Source: Candidatus Bathyarchaeota archaeon (GTDB lineage Archaea; Thermoproteota; Bathyarchaeia; TCS64). Taken from it: a stretch of DNA of 64,000 bases. The stretch lies in assembly GCA_043826455.1 (NCBI GenBank), contig JBDRQD010000039.1, positions 14,242 to 78,241 on the forward strand, read 5' to 3'. The position numbers and the translations under genes are program-made. Shown piece by piece: positions 1 to 9,550 of the stretch (its first letter is position 1; the number at the start of each line of letters is the position of its first letter). The notes under the pieces were generated by a model. The model was not told the origin of the DNA. It was given only the letters and a program-made list of their open reading frames with translations, and made no database searches.

Positions 1-77
1 CTCTCACCAGCGTCGCCTACGCCGAGGGCATCTTGGACGCCTTAAAGCTTTTAGGCATAGCCGACTTCCAGTGGTGA
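1..77 (+). CDS. 3' end of a probable DUF357-family protein (truncated by window edge)
   Basis: Manual translation from base 3 gives LTSVAYAEGILDALKLLGIADFQW*. The YAEG-LDA motif matches DUF357, and the stop overlaps the ribL start. Confidence 0.65.
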   Translation, partial: LTSVAYAEGILDALKLLGIADFQW

Positions 78-526
78 AGATGAAGCGGGTTCTAGCGGCG
101 GGGGTATTCGACCTACTCCACTACGGCCACATAAAGTATCTGGAGGAGGCCAAGAAGCTGGGCGGTTCAGGCGCCAAGCTCACAGTCATAGTGGCCAGGG
201 ACGAGACAGTGCGCCGCATGAAGGGCCAGGACCCCGTCATCCCCGAGGACCAGCGCAGAGCCACGGTAGAAGCACTTAAAGTCGTGGACGAGGCCCTCCT
301 GGGCTTCGAGGACCTGGACTTGGACCGGGTCATCCAGCAGGTGAAACCCGACATAATAGCTGTGGGCCACGACCAAGACGCCATCAGAAACCAGGTGGAG
401 AAGATAAAGAAGGCCCGGGAGCTGGGCTTCGAGATCGTCCAGGTGGGCCGATTCGGCGAGAAGGACCTGAACAGCAGCAGCAAGATCAAGAGACGGATCG
501 TCGAAGGGGCAAGAACGAGAGCCTGA
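71..526 (+). CDS. ribL: Archaeal FAD synthase (cytidylyltransferase family)
   Basis: GVFDLLHYGH (HxGH) motif, VARD, GHDQ and SSSKIK; adjacent to the riboflavin kinase. Confidence 0.85.
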   Translation: MVKMKRVLAAGVFDLLHYGHIKYLEEAKKLGGSGAKLTVIVARDETVRRMKGQDPVIPEDQRRATVEALKVVDEALLGFEDLDLDRVIQQVKPDIIAVGHDQDAIRNQVEKIKKARELGFEIVQVGRFGEKDLNSSSKIKRRIVEGARTRA

Positions 527-1184
527 CTCTGTCGCCGTCAGCCAGCCCCAGGTGCCGCCTAAGGTACAGCGGGGCTACGACCTCCATGATGTTGAAGTCG
601 TGGATGCTGCGCTCGGCCACTATCAGAGCCCCGTCCACCTCGTCGTTGACCGTCAGAGGGTAGCACCGGCAAGCCCCGAAGCTCCTCTCCCCGTCCTTGA
701 AGCCCTCCAGCCTGATGCTGGGCATCCGCTCCAGGTGCCGCCTCTTCTCATAGTCCTCCTCTCTGATGCGGACGTTCAGGGTGCCCGGGAAGGGGTCGAA
801 GCCCAGCTTCTCAGCTATCTGCTTCCTGTACCCCTCCTTGCCTATGTAGTAGGCGCCCTCGAAGAGGCCGCTCACCACGGTGCCCTCCAGCTCCACGGCG
901 TTGGCCTCCTTTCCCTCCAGGTGCCACTTGAGCTCCTGGAGCGCCAGGTCCAGCTCACCCAGCCCCTTGCCGGTGATCCGTATGCGGCTGCCCCCGGGCT
1001 CTATGCTCCGCTCAATGAAATCTTTCTTCTCCAGCATCTGGAGGTGCCTGGACGCTGACTGCTGGCTGCCCCCCATGATGTGGCTCAACTCTGTTGTGCT
1101 GATGCGCACCGGCGTCTTGGTGGCCCCCAGCCTCATCAACGTGTAGAGGGTGAACCAGAGGTGGGGTTTGAGTCTCTCAGTCAA
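486..1184 (-). CDS. ribK: CTP-dependent riboflavin kinase with N-terminal wHTH (RbkR type)
   Basis: HTH SQQSASRHL, then VVSGLFEGAYY, PFPGTLN and LRRHLGLADGD. Confidence 0.92.
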   Translation of the reverse strand: MTERLKPHLWFTLYTLMRLGATKTPVRISTTELSHIMGGSQQSASRHLQMLEKKDFIERSIEPGGSRIRITGKGLGELDLALQELKWHLEGKEANAVELEGTVVSGLFEGAYYIGKEGYRKQIAEKLGFDPFPGTLNVRIREEDYEKRRHLERMPSIRLEGFKDGERSFGACRCYPLTVNDEVDGALIVAERSIHDFNIMEVVAPLYLRRHLGLADGDRVRLSFLPLRRSVS

Positions 1185-1234
1185 CGGTGTCCAGAAAAGG
1201 GGTAAGAGGGGGGTATTTAACCTTTTTTTGGTAG

Positions 1235-2683
1235 CTATCCCTTGGCTACGGCCATGGGTACGCTCATCATAACCTTCTTGGCGAGGCCCACCTTGTGGCT
1301 CACATCGGCCACCCTGTGAACGTCCTTGTAGCTGTCGGGGCTCTCCTCTTCCAACACCCTGCTGCTGGCGGCCCTCACCACGATGCCCTTCCTGCGCAGG
1401 TCGTTGATGATGTCGTTGGCCGTGAACTTGCGCTTAGCACCCGCCCTGGACATGACCCTGCCGGCCCCGTGGGCGGTGCTGGCGAAGCTCAGACCCTCTC
1501 CCTCTTCGGTGCCCCTGAGGAGGTAGCTGGCCGTCCCCATGGTGCCCACCAGGAGCACAGGCTGCCCCGTAGTCTTGTAGTCCGGGGGCAGGTCGCTGCG
1601 ACCTGGCCCGAAGGCCCGAGCGGCGCCCTTCCTGTGGACCACGCACTGGACCCGTCTGCCGTCCACGGTGTGCTCCTCCTTCTTGGCAGTGTTGTGGGTC
1701 ATCCCATACACCATCTCCATGCCCATGTCCTCGGCGCTCCTCTTGAGGACGTCCTCGAAGGCCTGCCGTACCAGGTGCATGATGATGTGGCGGTTGATAA
1801 AGGCCCAGTTGATGGCGCAGCTCATGGCCTCATAGTAGTCCTGGGCCTCCCGGCTCTTGAGGGGGGCGCACACCAGCTCCCGGCTGGGAACCCTGAGGTT
1901 GTACTTAGTGGCCGCCCTGTCCATGACCCTTATGTAGTCGGTGGCTATCTGGTGGCCGTAGCCTCTGCTGCCCGTGTGGACCCACACCACAACCTGGTCA
2001 GGCTCGTTGACTCCGTAGACCTTGGCGGCTTTGTCGTCAAAAACCTCCTTGACGCGGGCTATCTCAAGGAAGTGGTTGCCGGCGCCAAGAGTCCCCAGCT
2101 GGGTGGCGCCCCTCTTCTTGGCTCGGTCGCTCACCTTGTCCGGGTTTGCCTCCTTCATGCATCCGGCCTCCTCGCTGTGGCTGGCGTCCCTTTCCCAACC
2201 ATAGCCCTTATCCACCGCCCACTTGATGCCCTCACTCACAGCCTTGTCCAGCTCCCTCTCACTGAGCTTGAGCTTGCTGCCGACTCCTACACCGCATGGC
2301 ACCAACTGGAATATGCGGTCTATGATCTCCTGCTTCTTGGCGTCCACCTCCTTGAAGGAGAGGTTTGTGCGCATGAGGCGGACCCCGCAGTTGATGTCGT
2401 ATCCCACCCCCCCGGGGCTGATTACCCCTTCTTCCATGTCGAAGGCGCCCACGCCTCCTATGGGGAACCCGTAGCCCTGGTGGCCGTCCGGCAGGGTCAC
2501 ACTGTACTTGAGAATGCCCGGGAGCTGGGCGACGTTGACGCTCTGCGCCAGTGTGTCGTCCCCCTTCATGGCCTCCAGTAGGCTCTTGTCCGCGTATATC
2601 CGGGCTGGGACGTTCATGTGCCTGCTGTAGGCTTGGGGTATCTCCCACACGTAGTCGCTTATCTTGTCTATGGGGAATTGCAT
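1235..2683 (-). CDS. rtcB: RNA-splicing ligase RtcB
   Basis: LPDGHQGYGFPIGG, GYDINCG, GNHF, HTGSRG, HN, HRKGA, HGAGR and terminal KG; no intein. Confidence 0.97.
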   Translation of the reverse strand: MQFPIDKISDYVWEIPQAYSRHMNVPARIYADKSLLEAMKGDDTLAQSVNVAQLPGILKYSVTLPDGHQGYGFPIGGVGAFDMEEGVISPGGVGYDINCGVRLMRTNLSFKEVDAKKQEIIDRIFQLVPCGVGVGSKLKLSERELDKAVSEGIKWAVDKGYGWERDASHSEEAGCMKEANPDKVSDRAKKRGATQLGTLGAGNHFLEIARVKEVFDDKAAKVYGVNEPDQVVVWVHTGSRGYGHQIATDYIRVMDRAATKYNLRVPSRELVCAPLKSREAQDYYEAMSCAINWAFINRHIIMHLVRQAFEDVLKRSAEDMGMEMVYGMTHNTAKKEEHTVDGRRVQCVVHRKGAARAFGPGRSDLPPDYKTTGQPVLLVGTMGTASYLLRGTEEGEGLSFASTAHGAGRVMSRAGAKRKFTANDIINDLRRKGIVVRAASSRVLEEESPDSYKDVHRVADVSHKVGLAKKVMMSVPMAVAKG

Positions 2684-2753
2684 GTGTTATCACCCATCTT
2701 CCCGGCGGGTAAACCTAATAAGCGTTTATTGGCTTAGATGCCAATGAGCGTAT

Positions 2754-3218
2754 ATGCGGTGGAATGCTCTCAGAACCCTGCACCTGGGGGAGGTCCAGGC
2801 CAGGATAAAGGCGTACCGGGAGAAGCACGGCAGCCTCAGCCTCCTCCACGACGAGTTCATCAAGGGCAGGATGCCCCCCGGCCTGTTCCAGGAGTACGTG
2901 GACTGGACCAGCATGGAGCACGCCATACGGGCGTACCAGGAGGGCGAGGACTTTGAGTACCTGGCCGAGGAGGAGCTGGAACTGTCCGAGAGCGACTTTA
3001 GGAAGCTGACGCCCAAGCGGCTGGAGATCCTGAACCAGCTCACCGAGGGGAGGACGGGCTCCATCAACGAGCTGGCCGAGCTCATGGGCAGGGACGTGAA
3101 GAACGTGTACGGTGACCTGAAGGCGCTTGAGGAGTTGGGCTTCGTAGCCTTGAACCGGGAAGGTAGGAGCATGGTGCCTGAGCTCCTGGTCTACGAGATC
3201 ACCCTCATACTGGGCTAG
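2754..3218 (+). CDS. HTH transcriptional regulator (HVO_A0114/COG4190-like) with extra N-terminal helical domain
   Basis: LTPKRLEIL..GSINELAELMGRDVKNVYGDLKALEELG wHTH signature. Confidence 0.75.
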   Translation: MRWNALRTLHLGEVQARIKAYREKHGSLSLLHDEFIKGRMPPGLFQEYVDWTSMEHAIRAYQEGEDFEYLAEEELELSESDFRKLTPKRLEILNQLTEGRTGSINELAELMGRDVKNVYGDLKALEELGFVALNREGRSMVPELLVYEITLILG

Positions 3219-3250
3219 TATTATATGAGCCGGCGCCCTGTATCGTAGGT

Positions 3251-4891
3251 ATGAGCCCCCTTAAGGCATGTGAAGCAGACCTTGTGCTTGTTAACGGCAA
3301 GATAATCACTGTGGATGCGGGTTTCTCCGTGGCCCAAGCCGTGGCCGTCAAGGACGGCAGGGTCCAGACGGTGGGCACCACCGAGGACATCAAGAAGCTG
3401 GTGGGCAAAGGCACTGAGGTCATCGAACTGAAGGGCAGGACGGTGATGCCCGGACTCTACGACAGCCACCTCCACGTGGTGGGCACAGGCACGGCCCTCC
3501 AGATGATCAACTGCCGCACGCCCCCCATGATGAGCATCGAGGACATGAAGAAGACCGTGGCCGAGAAGGCGAAGCAGGCCAAGCCCGGCGAGTGGATACA
3601 GGGCCGCGGCTGGGACCAAGCCAAGCTGAAGGAGCACAGGAACCCCAGCCGCTGGGACCTAGACCAGGTGTCCCCGGACAACCCCGTCGTCCTCACACGG
3701 ACCTGCGGCCACCTGCTGGTGGCTAACAGTCTGGCTCTGGAGATAGCTGGAGTAACCAAGGACACCCCTGACCCTGTGGGCGGCAAGATTGTGCGGAACG
3801 AGATGGGTGAGCCCACTGGGATGCTGGAGGAGGGCCCAGCCATGACCTTCGTCAGGAAGCATATCCCGCCCGTCGGCATCCCGGAGACCATGGAGGCCAT
3901 CAGGACTGCGTGCACCGCCTTCAACGAGGTGGGTATCACCAGCGTCATAGACGCCGGCAACACCGAGGACGAGATGGTGGCCTACCAGTTGCTGAAGGAG
4001 CGGGGCGAGCTCACCTGCAGAGTCAACATGATGCTGCGATCTATCCAGGACGGCGAGCCCATAGAGGAGAGCGTAAAGCGGGTTGAGAACTTCCCCATGG
4101 TCACGGGCTTCGGGGACGCGCTCCTAAGGTTCCAGGGACTGAAGATCCTCATAGACGGAGGCATAGGGGGCAGGACGGCCCTCATACGGGAGCCCTATGA
4201 GAACGATCCCGACAACTGCGGGTTGCTGACGGTGCCCGTGGAGGACCTTCAGAGGCTGGTGGACGCCGCCAACAGGCGAGGTATGCTAACGGGCATCCAC
4301 TGCGCCGGCGGCAAGGCCACGGACATAGTGCTTGAGGCTTATCGGAAGACGGATAAGGTGAAGCCCATCAAGGGGCGCCGCTTCTACCTCATCCACGCGT
4401 ACCAGCCAAGCGACGAGAACTTTAAGGACTGCCAGGAGTTGGGGGTTCTGGTTGCCAGCCAGCCCAGCTTCCTCTATTACCTGGGGGAGAGCTACTACGA
4501 GAACGTGGGCAATGAGCGGAGCGAGTGGCTGAAGCCCCACAGGGCCTGGATAGACCACGGCATCATGGTGGGCGGAGGCACCGACAGCCCCGTGACGCCG
4601 TACCCGCCGTTCCCCAGCCTCTGGGCAGCCATCGCCCGTCGCACCGAGATAAATGATGTCCAGATGGGCACTGAGCAGTGCGTCACACGGGAGGAGGCCA
4701 TAAGGATGTACACCGTCAACGGCGCCTTCCTCAGCTTCGAGGAAGACATCAAGGGCAGCCTGGAGCCGGGTAAGTTGGCGGACATGGTCATACTGGACAG
4801 AGACATCCTGACGTGCCCGGTGGACGGCATCAAGGATACCAGGGTGCTGAGGACGTTCCTGGGCGGCAAGACTGTGTACAGGGCCAAGTAG
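3251..4891 (+). CDS. Amidohydrolase 3 family (YtcJ-like)
   Basis: PGLYDSHLH, GRGWD, GTDSP, YTVNGA and GSLEPGKLAD. Confidence 0.9.
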   Translation: MSPLKACEADLVLVNGKIITVDAGFSVAQAVAVKDGRVQTVGTTEDIKKLVGKGTEVIELKGRTVMPGLYDSHLHVVGTGTALQMINCRTPPMMSIEDMKKTVAEKAKQAKPGEWIQGRGWDQAKLKEHRNPSRWDLDQVSPDNPVVLTRTCGHLLVANSLALEIAGVTKDTPDPVGGKIVRNEMGEPTGMLEEGPAMTFVRKHIPPVGIPETMEAIRTACTAFNEVGITSVIDAGNTEDEMVAYQLLKERGELTCRVNMMLRSIQDGEPIEESVKRVENFPMVTGFGDALLRFQGLKILIDGGIGGRTALIREPYENDPDNCGLLTVPVEDLQRLVDAANRRGMLTGIHCAGGKATDIVLEAYRKTDKVKPIKGRRFYLIHAYQPSDENFKDCQELGVLVASQPSFLYYLGESYYENVGNERSEWLKPHRAWIDHGIMVGGGTDSPVTPYPPFPSLWAAIARRTEINDVQMGTEQCVTREEAIRMYTVNGAFLSFEEDIKGSLEPGKLADMVILDRDILTCPVDGIKDTRVLRTFLGGKTVYRAK

Positions 4892-5166
4892 CCACTATTT
4901 TTATCTAATATTAACTACTATGCTTAGGGCCTGTGTCTCGGTCGTTGTCTATCCATCGAAAAGTGACAAATCAGAGTCATTTCGGTGGGTTGTCGTGTGC
5001 CGTAGTTTACCCGTTTATTTTCCCCGGTTTAGGTCTGGGCTGGTGATCTGGATTCTGTTGCTGAGTGCAAATTTTTTCATTGATTTTGGTTGTCTGCAGT
5101 TATTTGGATGGAAAATAAGTTAAACAGTTTTCCGGGTATTTATCCCCGGTTTATAATATCTAAATT

Positions 5167-7677
5167 TTGGATGACTACTCAAGGTGTATGCGGAGCCGAG
5201 AATATATTCTGCTCGTCACCATACTGCTTGCATTCACGGTGACGCCCCCCAACGTTTCGGGGGCGTCCGAATCCGCCCACATCCTCAAGATCACGGTGTC
5301 CACGGACTCCGACTGGAGCACCGTGAAGCTTGGGCTCAGCAGCTTGCTCCTCTGGGACCTGACGGTGGACCGAGGACTAGAGGAGAGTGTCGCTGCCTGG
5401 GCCGATGAAGCTCTGCACCTGTCCATATCTAAAGCGCCCTACGATTCATCAGTGGTCCAGGTCACTTTGGAGGCCCTCGTACTGAGCGGAGGAGAGGCCG
5501 TGGAGGTTGCCGTGGAGAAGGGGTTCATCGGCGAGACCCGGATAAGGGTCTACGGCTGGGCCATGGGTAGGTACCTGCAGCTGAAGAGGATCAACCATGG
5601 AAGCGTGCCGGGCGACCCGGCTCTGAATAGGGGTGTCTACACCGTGTCCGCTGAGGCGCTGCGGTACTCCCGGCTAGGCGTGGAGAGGCTGGGAGAGGAG
5701 CCGCCCAAGATGGTTCACGCCGTCTACTACCCTTGGTACGGTAGCCCTTCGGGGCCCTCGTCCTCGTGGAGCCACTGGAGCGACGTAACCTCGGACAACT
5801 CGGGGAACTCTGCTCATTTTCCAGTTCTGGGCGCCTACGACAGCTTGGACCTAGCCCTAATAGAAGCCCACATTGCTGTGGCCAAGGACGCCGGATTAGA
5901 CGGTTTTCTGTGCTCGTGGTGGGGCCCCGGGTCCCGCGAGGACCAGGCTCTCGGGCTGATGCTTGAAACGGCTGAGGGGCTGGGCTTCAAGGTGGGGGTC
6001 TACTACGAGTCCATCCGGGACGGCGTCGGCCCTCTATCAGCGGAGATCATGGTCGAGGAGCTGTGCTACATAGTTGGCAGGTACTCGGGGGAGACTGGAT
6101 ATCTCAAGGTGGGTGACGCTCCCGTGGTGTTTGTTTTTGGGGCCCAGGCCGGGGACAGGGACGTGTCTCTGTGGAGGCGTGTGAAGGACGAGGTTGAGGC
6201 TAGGGTGGGTGAGGTCCTGCTCGTGGGGGATATGAGGGACCCGGGGCTTCTAGGTGCCTTGGACGGTATGCACGTGTACAACGAGTTGGATGCATCGGAG
6301 CACGGAGCCGTCACCGAGGTCATAGCTGGTAACAGGTGGGTGCTTGAGGAGTCTGACATTGAAGCGGTCAAGGCCCGCGTCAAGTCGGATGGGGTTCTAA
6401 CGCTCAGCAGAAAGCTCGCCGTGGGCACCGTGCTTCCCGGGTACGACGACACAGAAACCAGAAGCCCGGGTGCGGTTCTGCCCAGAGACGGCTCAGAGAC
6501 CTACGAAGGCTACTGGGGCCGCGTCGCTGGCTCGGATGTGGACTGGGTCGTGGTCACCAGCTGGAACGAGTGGCACGAGGGGACGGAGGTGGAGCCCAGC
6601 GTCGAGGAGGGGTTCCTAGCCTTACAGACGACCCGCGCCAACGCTCTACTGTTCAAGAGTCAAGTATATGAAGAGGCACAACAGCCGGAAATCCGTGTAG
6701 AGGCTGAGTCGTGCAGCGAAAACGTGCTGGTGAGGCTGAGCAACCTTGGATCGGGGATAGCCTACGCGTTAACCTGTGAGATGTCACGAGCGGGTGACCT
6801 GGTTGAAGCAACGACCATACCCCGTATAGGTTCTGGTGAGATCACGGAGTACAGCCTGACGCTTCCAGAGGCGGAGGCGTCTTACAGTGTCCTGGTAACC
6901 TACTACGGCTTCACAGGGGGGCGGCATGAGGAAACCATAAGCTTCACGTCTCCCCCAGGTGAGGCTAAAGAGCCCCTAGCGCCCCCATTGTATCCGCCGC
7001 AGCCCGATGGGGAAGGAGTGTGGCTGAGCCTCCGAGGATTAGAGGTCGAGGCAGGGTACGGGACGCTCCACGTGGAGGCCAGCGTAGACGTCCTGAGCGA
7101 CCCGGCCGACGTGGAGTACTGCAGCCTGGACGTCGTGGTGGACGGTGAGGTCGTTCACGGTGAGTGCTGGAGCAGCCTGCCCGAGGTGACGTGGGGCCAC
7201 CCGGCACTCACTGCTCCCCAGACAATGGCTTACGCGATGGACGTCCCCCTTGAGCCGGGCGTTCACACGGTCTATCTCCGGAGCTACGCCAGGAACGCGT
7301 GGTTCAGCACCGTTTTCACGGGTGACCCCATCACTGTCACAGTCCCGGGCCAATACGTGGACGTCCAGGTCACCCGCTTCACGGCGAGGGAGGTGAGCGG
7401 CTACCTCCTGGTGGAGCTGGAGGCTCACGTGGAGTCGGATCCTCCGCTGATGGAGTACTGCAGCCTCACGTTGCTGTATGGGGGTAGTATCATTGGGGGT
7501 GTCTGCTGGACGGATATCCCTGGCCTTGGTGGCTACAGGGCAGTGGCGGCCCCTGTGAACCTGCATTACACGTGCACGGTCCCCGTGGGTCTGAAGGATT
7601 TACTCTACGCGGTGGCCTACGCCAGGAACGTGGCCGGGTCCTTTGCCCAGGCGCGGCTGAACGAGTTCACGCGTTAG
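5167..7677 (+). CDS. Secreted GH99-like glycoside hydrolase with C-terminal beta-rich domains (start may be ATG 5188)
   Basis: Signal peptide, YYPWY, GAYDS, SWWG, PGYDD and TSWNEWHEGTEVEP (GH99-type EWHE). Confidence 0.8.
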   Translation: MDDYSRCMRSREYILLVTILLAFTVTPPNVSGASESAHILKITVSTDSDWSTVKLGLSSLLLWDLTVDRGLEESVAAWADEALHLSISKAPYDSSVVQVTLEALVLSGGEAVEVAVEKGFIGETRIRVYGWAMGRYLQLKRINHGSVPGDPALNRGVYTVSAEALRYSRLGVERLGEEPPKMVHAVYYPWYGSPSGPSSSWSHWSDVTSDNSGNSAHFPVLGAYDSLDLALIEAHIAVAKDAGLDGFLCSWWGPGSREDQALGLMLETAEGLGFKVGVYYESIRDGVGPLSAEIMVEELCYIVGRYSGETGYLKVGDAPVVFVFGAQAGDRDVSLWRRVKDEVEARVGEVLLVGDMRDPGLLGALDGMHVYNELDASEHGAVTEVIAGNRWVLEESDIEAVKARVKSDGVLTLSRKLAVGTVLPGYDDTETRSPGAVLPRDGSETYEGYWGRVAGSDVDWVVVTSWNEWHEGTEVEPSVEEGFLALQTTRANALLFKSQVYEEAQQPEIRVEAESCSENVLVRLSNLGSGIAYALTCEMSRAGDLVEATTIPRIGSGEITEYSLTLPEAEASYSVLVTYYGFTGGRHEETISFTSPPGEAKEPLAPPLYPPQPDGEGVWLSLRGLEVEAGYGTLHVEASVDVLSDPADVEYCSLDVVVDGEVVHGECWSSLPEVTWGHPALTAPQTMAYAMDVPLEPGVHTVYLRSYARNAWFSTVFTGDPITVTVPGQYVDVQVTRFTAREVSGYLLVELEAHVESDPPLMEYCSLTLLYGGSIIGGVCWTDIPGLGGYRAVAAPVNLHYTCTVPVGLKDLLYAVAYARNVAGSFAQARLNEFTR

Positions 7678-7744
7678 CTCGCCGTCTCCAAACAAAAAAG
7701 ACGAGACCAGAAATATATGGGCTAGGTCTGAGGTGTCCTCGGAC

Positions 7745-8425
7745 TTAAGTGATTATGGGGGCGGCCACGGCTATCGCCCTGACGAGGTCGCACGTGTCCT
7801 CACACCTATCAGTGATGTTCTCGAAGGACTCCACGAGCTGGGAAATGAGTATGGCTTCACCGATCTCGACTTGCCCCGTTTTGAAGCCAGCTATCTCCCT
7901 CCTCGCCTGCCTGTGCAGGCGGTCCATCTCCTCCTCCAGCCTCTCTACCTCGTCGGCGGCCTTCAGGGCGTCCTGGAACTTCCTGTCGATGAGCTTATCG
8001 ATGCAGATGTCGAGGCCCAGGACGCAGCTCTTGACCACCCTCATGACGTCAGGGATCATCTTCTTCAGCTCCTCTGGAGCCTCGTCGAGGTTGAACTCCA
8101 CCAGTATGCGCCCTGTCTCGTTGACCCAGTCTATGACGTGGTTGATCTCCCTCGCGAGCCTCATGAGGTCCTCCCTGTCGGAGGACGGCAGCTCGCCCTT
8201 GGTGAGCTCGGCCACGATCTTCTTCTTGAGGAGGTCCGCGGCCTTCTCCTTCTGCTGGAGGCCGTCGAAGCTCTTGTTGAGCTCATCGTGCTTTCCCTCT
8301 AGGGCGTGGTTCACGCAGCGCTCCAGAATCTCTGTGGTCGTCACCATCGACTTCGAGTGGTCCCGGATCATGGTGATTACCAGGATTTTCCTCCTAGTCT
8401 TCAGCCAGCTCTCAAGGTGCGTCAT
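7745..8425 (-). CDS. DUF47 / PhoU-like helical protein
   Basis: EKAAD..KKKI, PSSDREDL, LEEEMD and ITDRCED repeat pattern. Confidence 0.85.
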   Translation of the reverse strand: MTHLESWLKTRRKILVITMIRDHSKSMVTTTEILERCVNHALEGKHDELNKSFDGLQQKEKAADLLKKKIVAELTKGELPSSDREDLMRLAREINHVIDWVNETGRILVEFNLDEAPEELKKMIPDVMRVVKSCVLGLDICIDKLIDRKFQDALKAADEVERLEEEMDRLHRQARREIAGFKTGQVEIGEAILISQLVESFENITDRCEDTCDLVRAIAVAAPIIT

Positions 8426-8440
8426 ACCTGTATCATCACC

Positions 8441-9550
8441 TCATTCTAGGCTTAATGCCTTTTCCAATCCCTCCTCGGGGTACCTGAACGTGAGAAGCCT
8501 CTCCTCGGGTAAAGCGGCGTAAACCTTGTCCCCCGCGGCGAAGCCCGCAGCGTCGCCTCTAACCGCGGCCTTGGATAGGAACACCTCGCCGTTGGAGGCC
8601 CTCAGCTCGTACCTGAAGTGGTCCCCGACGAAGGAGGCGGACGTGACGGTGCACTCCCAGGTGTTTCCGCCTGCAGGGTCATTGACGAGCTCGACGAACT
8701 CGGGGCGGATCGCCAGCACGCATCGTTCGCCCTCCTTCAGAGGCGTCTCCTCCCTGACCGCGGCCATGATGGTGGAGCCGTTAACGGCCACCTCGGCGAC
8801 GTGGTCAGTATACTTCTTCACAGTACCCGTGAAGAAGTTGGCTTCCCCCAGGAACTTGGCAGTAAACAGCTCACGAGGGTTGAGGTACATCTCCTGGGGC
8901 GGACCCACCTCGACGATCCTGCCGGCCTTCATCACGACTATCCTGTCGGATATGGAAAGCGCCTCCTCCTGGTCGTGTGTGACGTGGATGGCGGTGAGGC
9001 CCAGGTCCTTGACCAGCTTCCTGAGCTCGTACCTCAGGGACGTACGGACCTTGAGGTCCAGGGCGCCCAAGGGCTCGTCCAGCAGGAGGAGAGTTGACCC
9101 TGAGACCAGGGCCCTCGATATGGCTGTCTTCTGCCTGGCCCCGCCGCTCAGCTCCCGGGGGTACAGCGTCGCGAAGCCGTCCAGGCCCATCATGTAGAGC
9201 ATCTCTTCCACGGGGCTCTCCCTCTCCCTGGGAGTAGCCCCCTTCACCATCAAGCCGTATGACACGTTGTCGTAGGAGTTCATGTGGGGGAACAGGGCGA
9301 TTTCCTGGAAGACGTACCCGACGCCCCTCTCCTCTATGGGCAGCGCCTTGGCCGCTTCCCCGTCTATGTAGACTTCCCCTGCGTCGGGCTTCACGATGCC
9401 GGCTATGGTCTTGATGAGGGTGGTCTTGCCGCACCCGCTGGGGCCGACGACGCACAAGTACTCGCCTGCGTTGGCCGTGAGAGAGACATCCTGAAGAGCT
9501 CTGACGGCCCCATAGGCCTTCGCGGCCTCCTCGACGCGTACCTCAGGCAC
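8441..9550 (-). CDS. ABC transporter ATP-binding protein (PotA/FbpC-like, TOBE tail)
   Basis: GPSGCGKTT, LSGG, LLLDEP and THDQEEA. Confidence 0.92.
   Translation of the reverse strand: MPEVRVEEAAKAYGAVRALQDVSLTANAGEYLCVVGPSGCGKTTLIKTIAGIVKPDAGEVYIDGEAAKALPIEERGVGYVFQEIALFPHMNSYDNVSYGLMVKGATPRERESPVEEMLYMMGLDGFATLYPRELSGGARQKTAISRALVSGSTLLLLDEPLGALDLKVRTSLRYELRKLVKDLGLTAIHVTHDQEEALSISDRIVVMKAGRIVEVGPPQEMYLNPRELFTAKFLGEANFFTGTVKKYTDHVAEVAVNGSTIMAAVREETPLKEGERCVLAIRPEFVELVNDPAGGNTWECTVTSASFVGDHFRYELRASNGEVFLSKAAVRGDAAGFAAGDKVYAALPEERLLTFRYPEEGLEKALSLE

Noticed and set aside
5021..5153. Direct repeat TCCCCGGTTTA upstream of the GH99-like gene
   Set aside because: Only two copies of an 11-mer, one abutting the TATA-like box; weak evidence.
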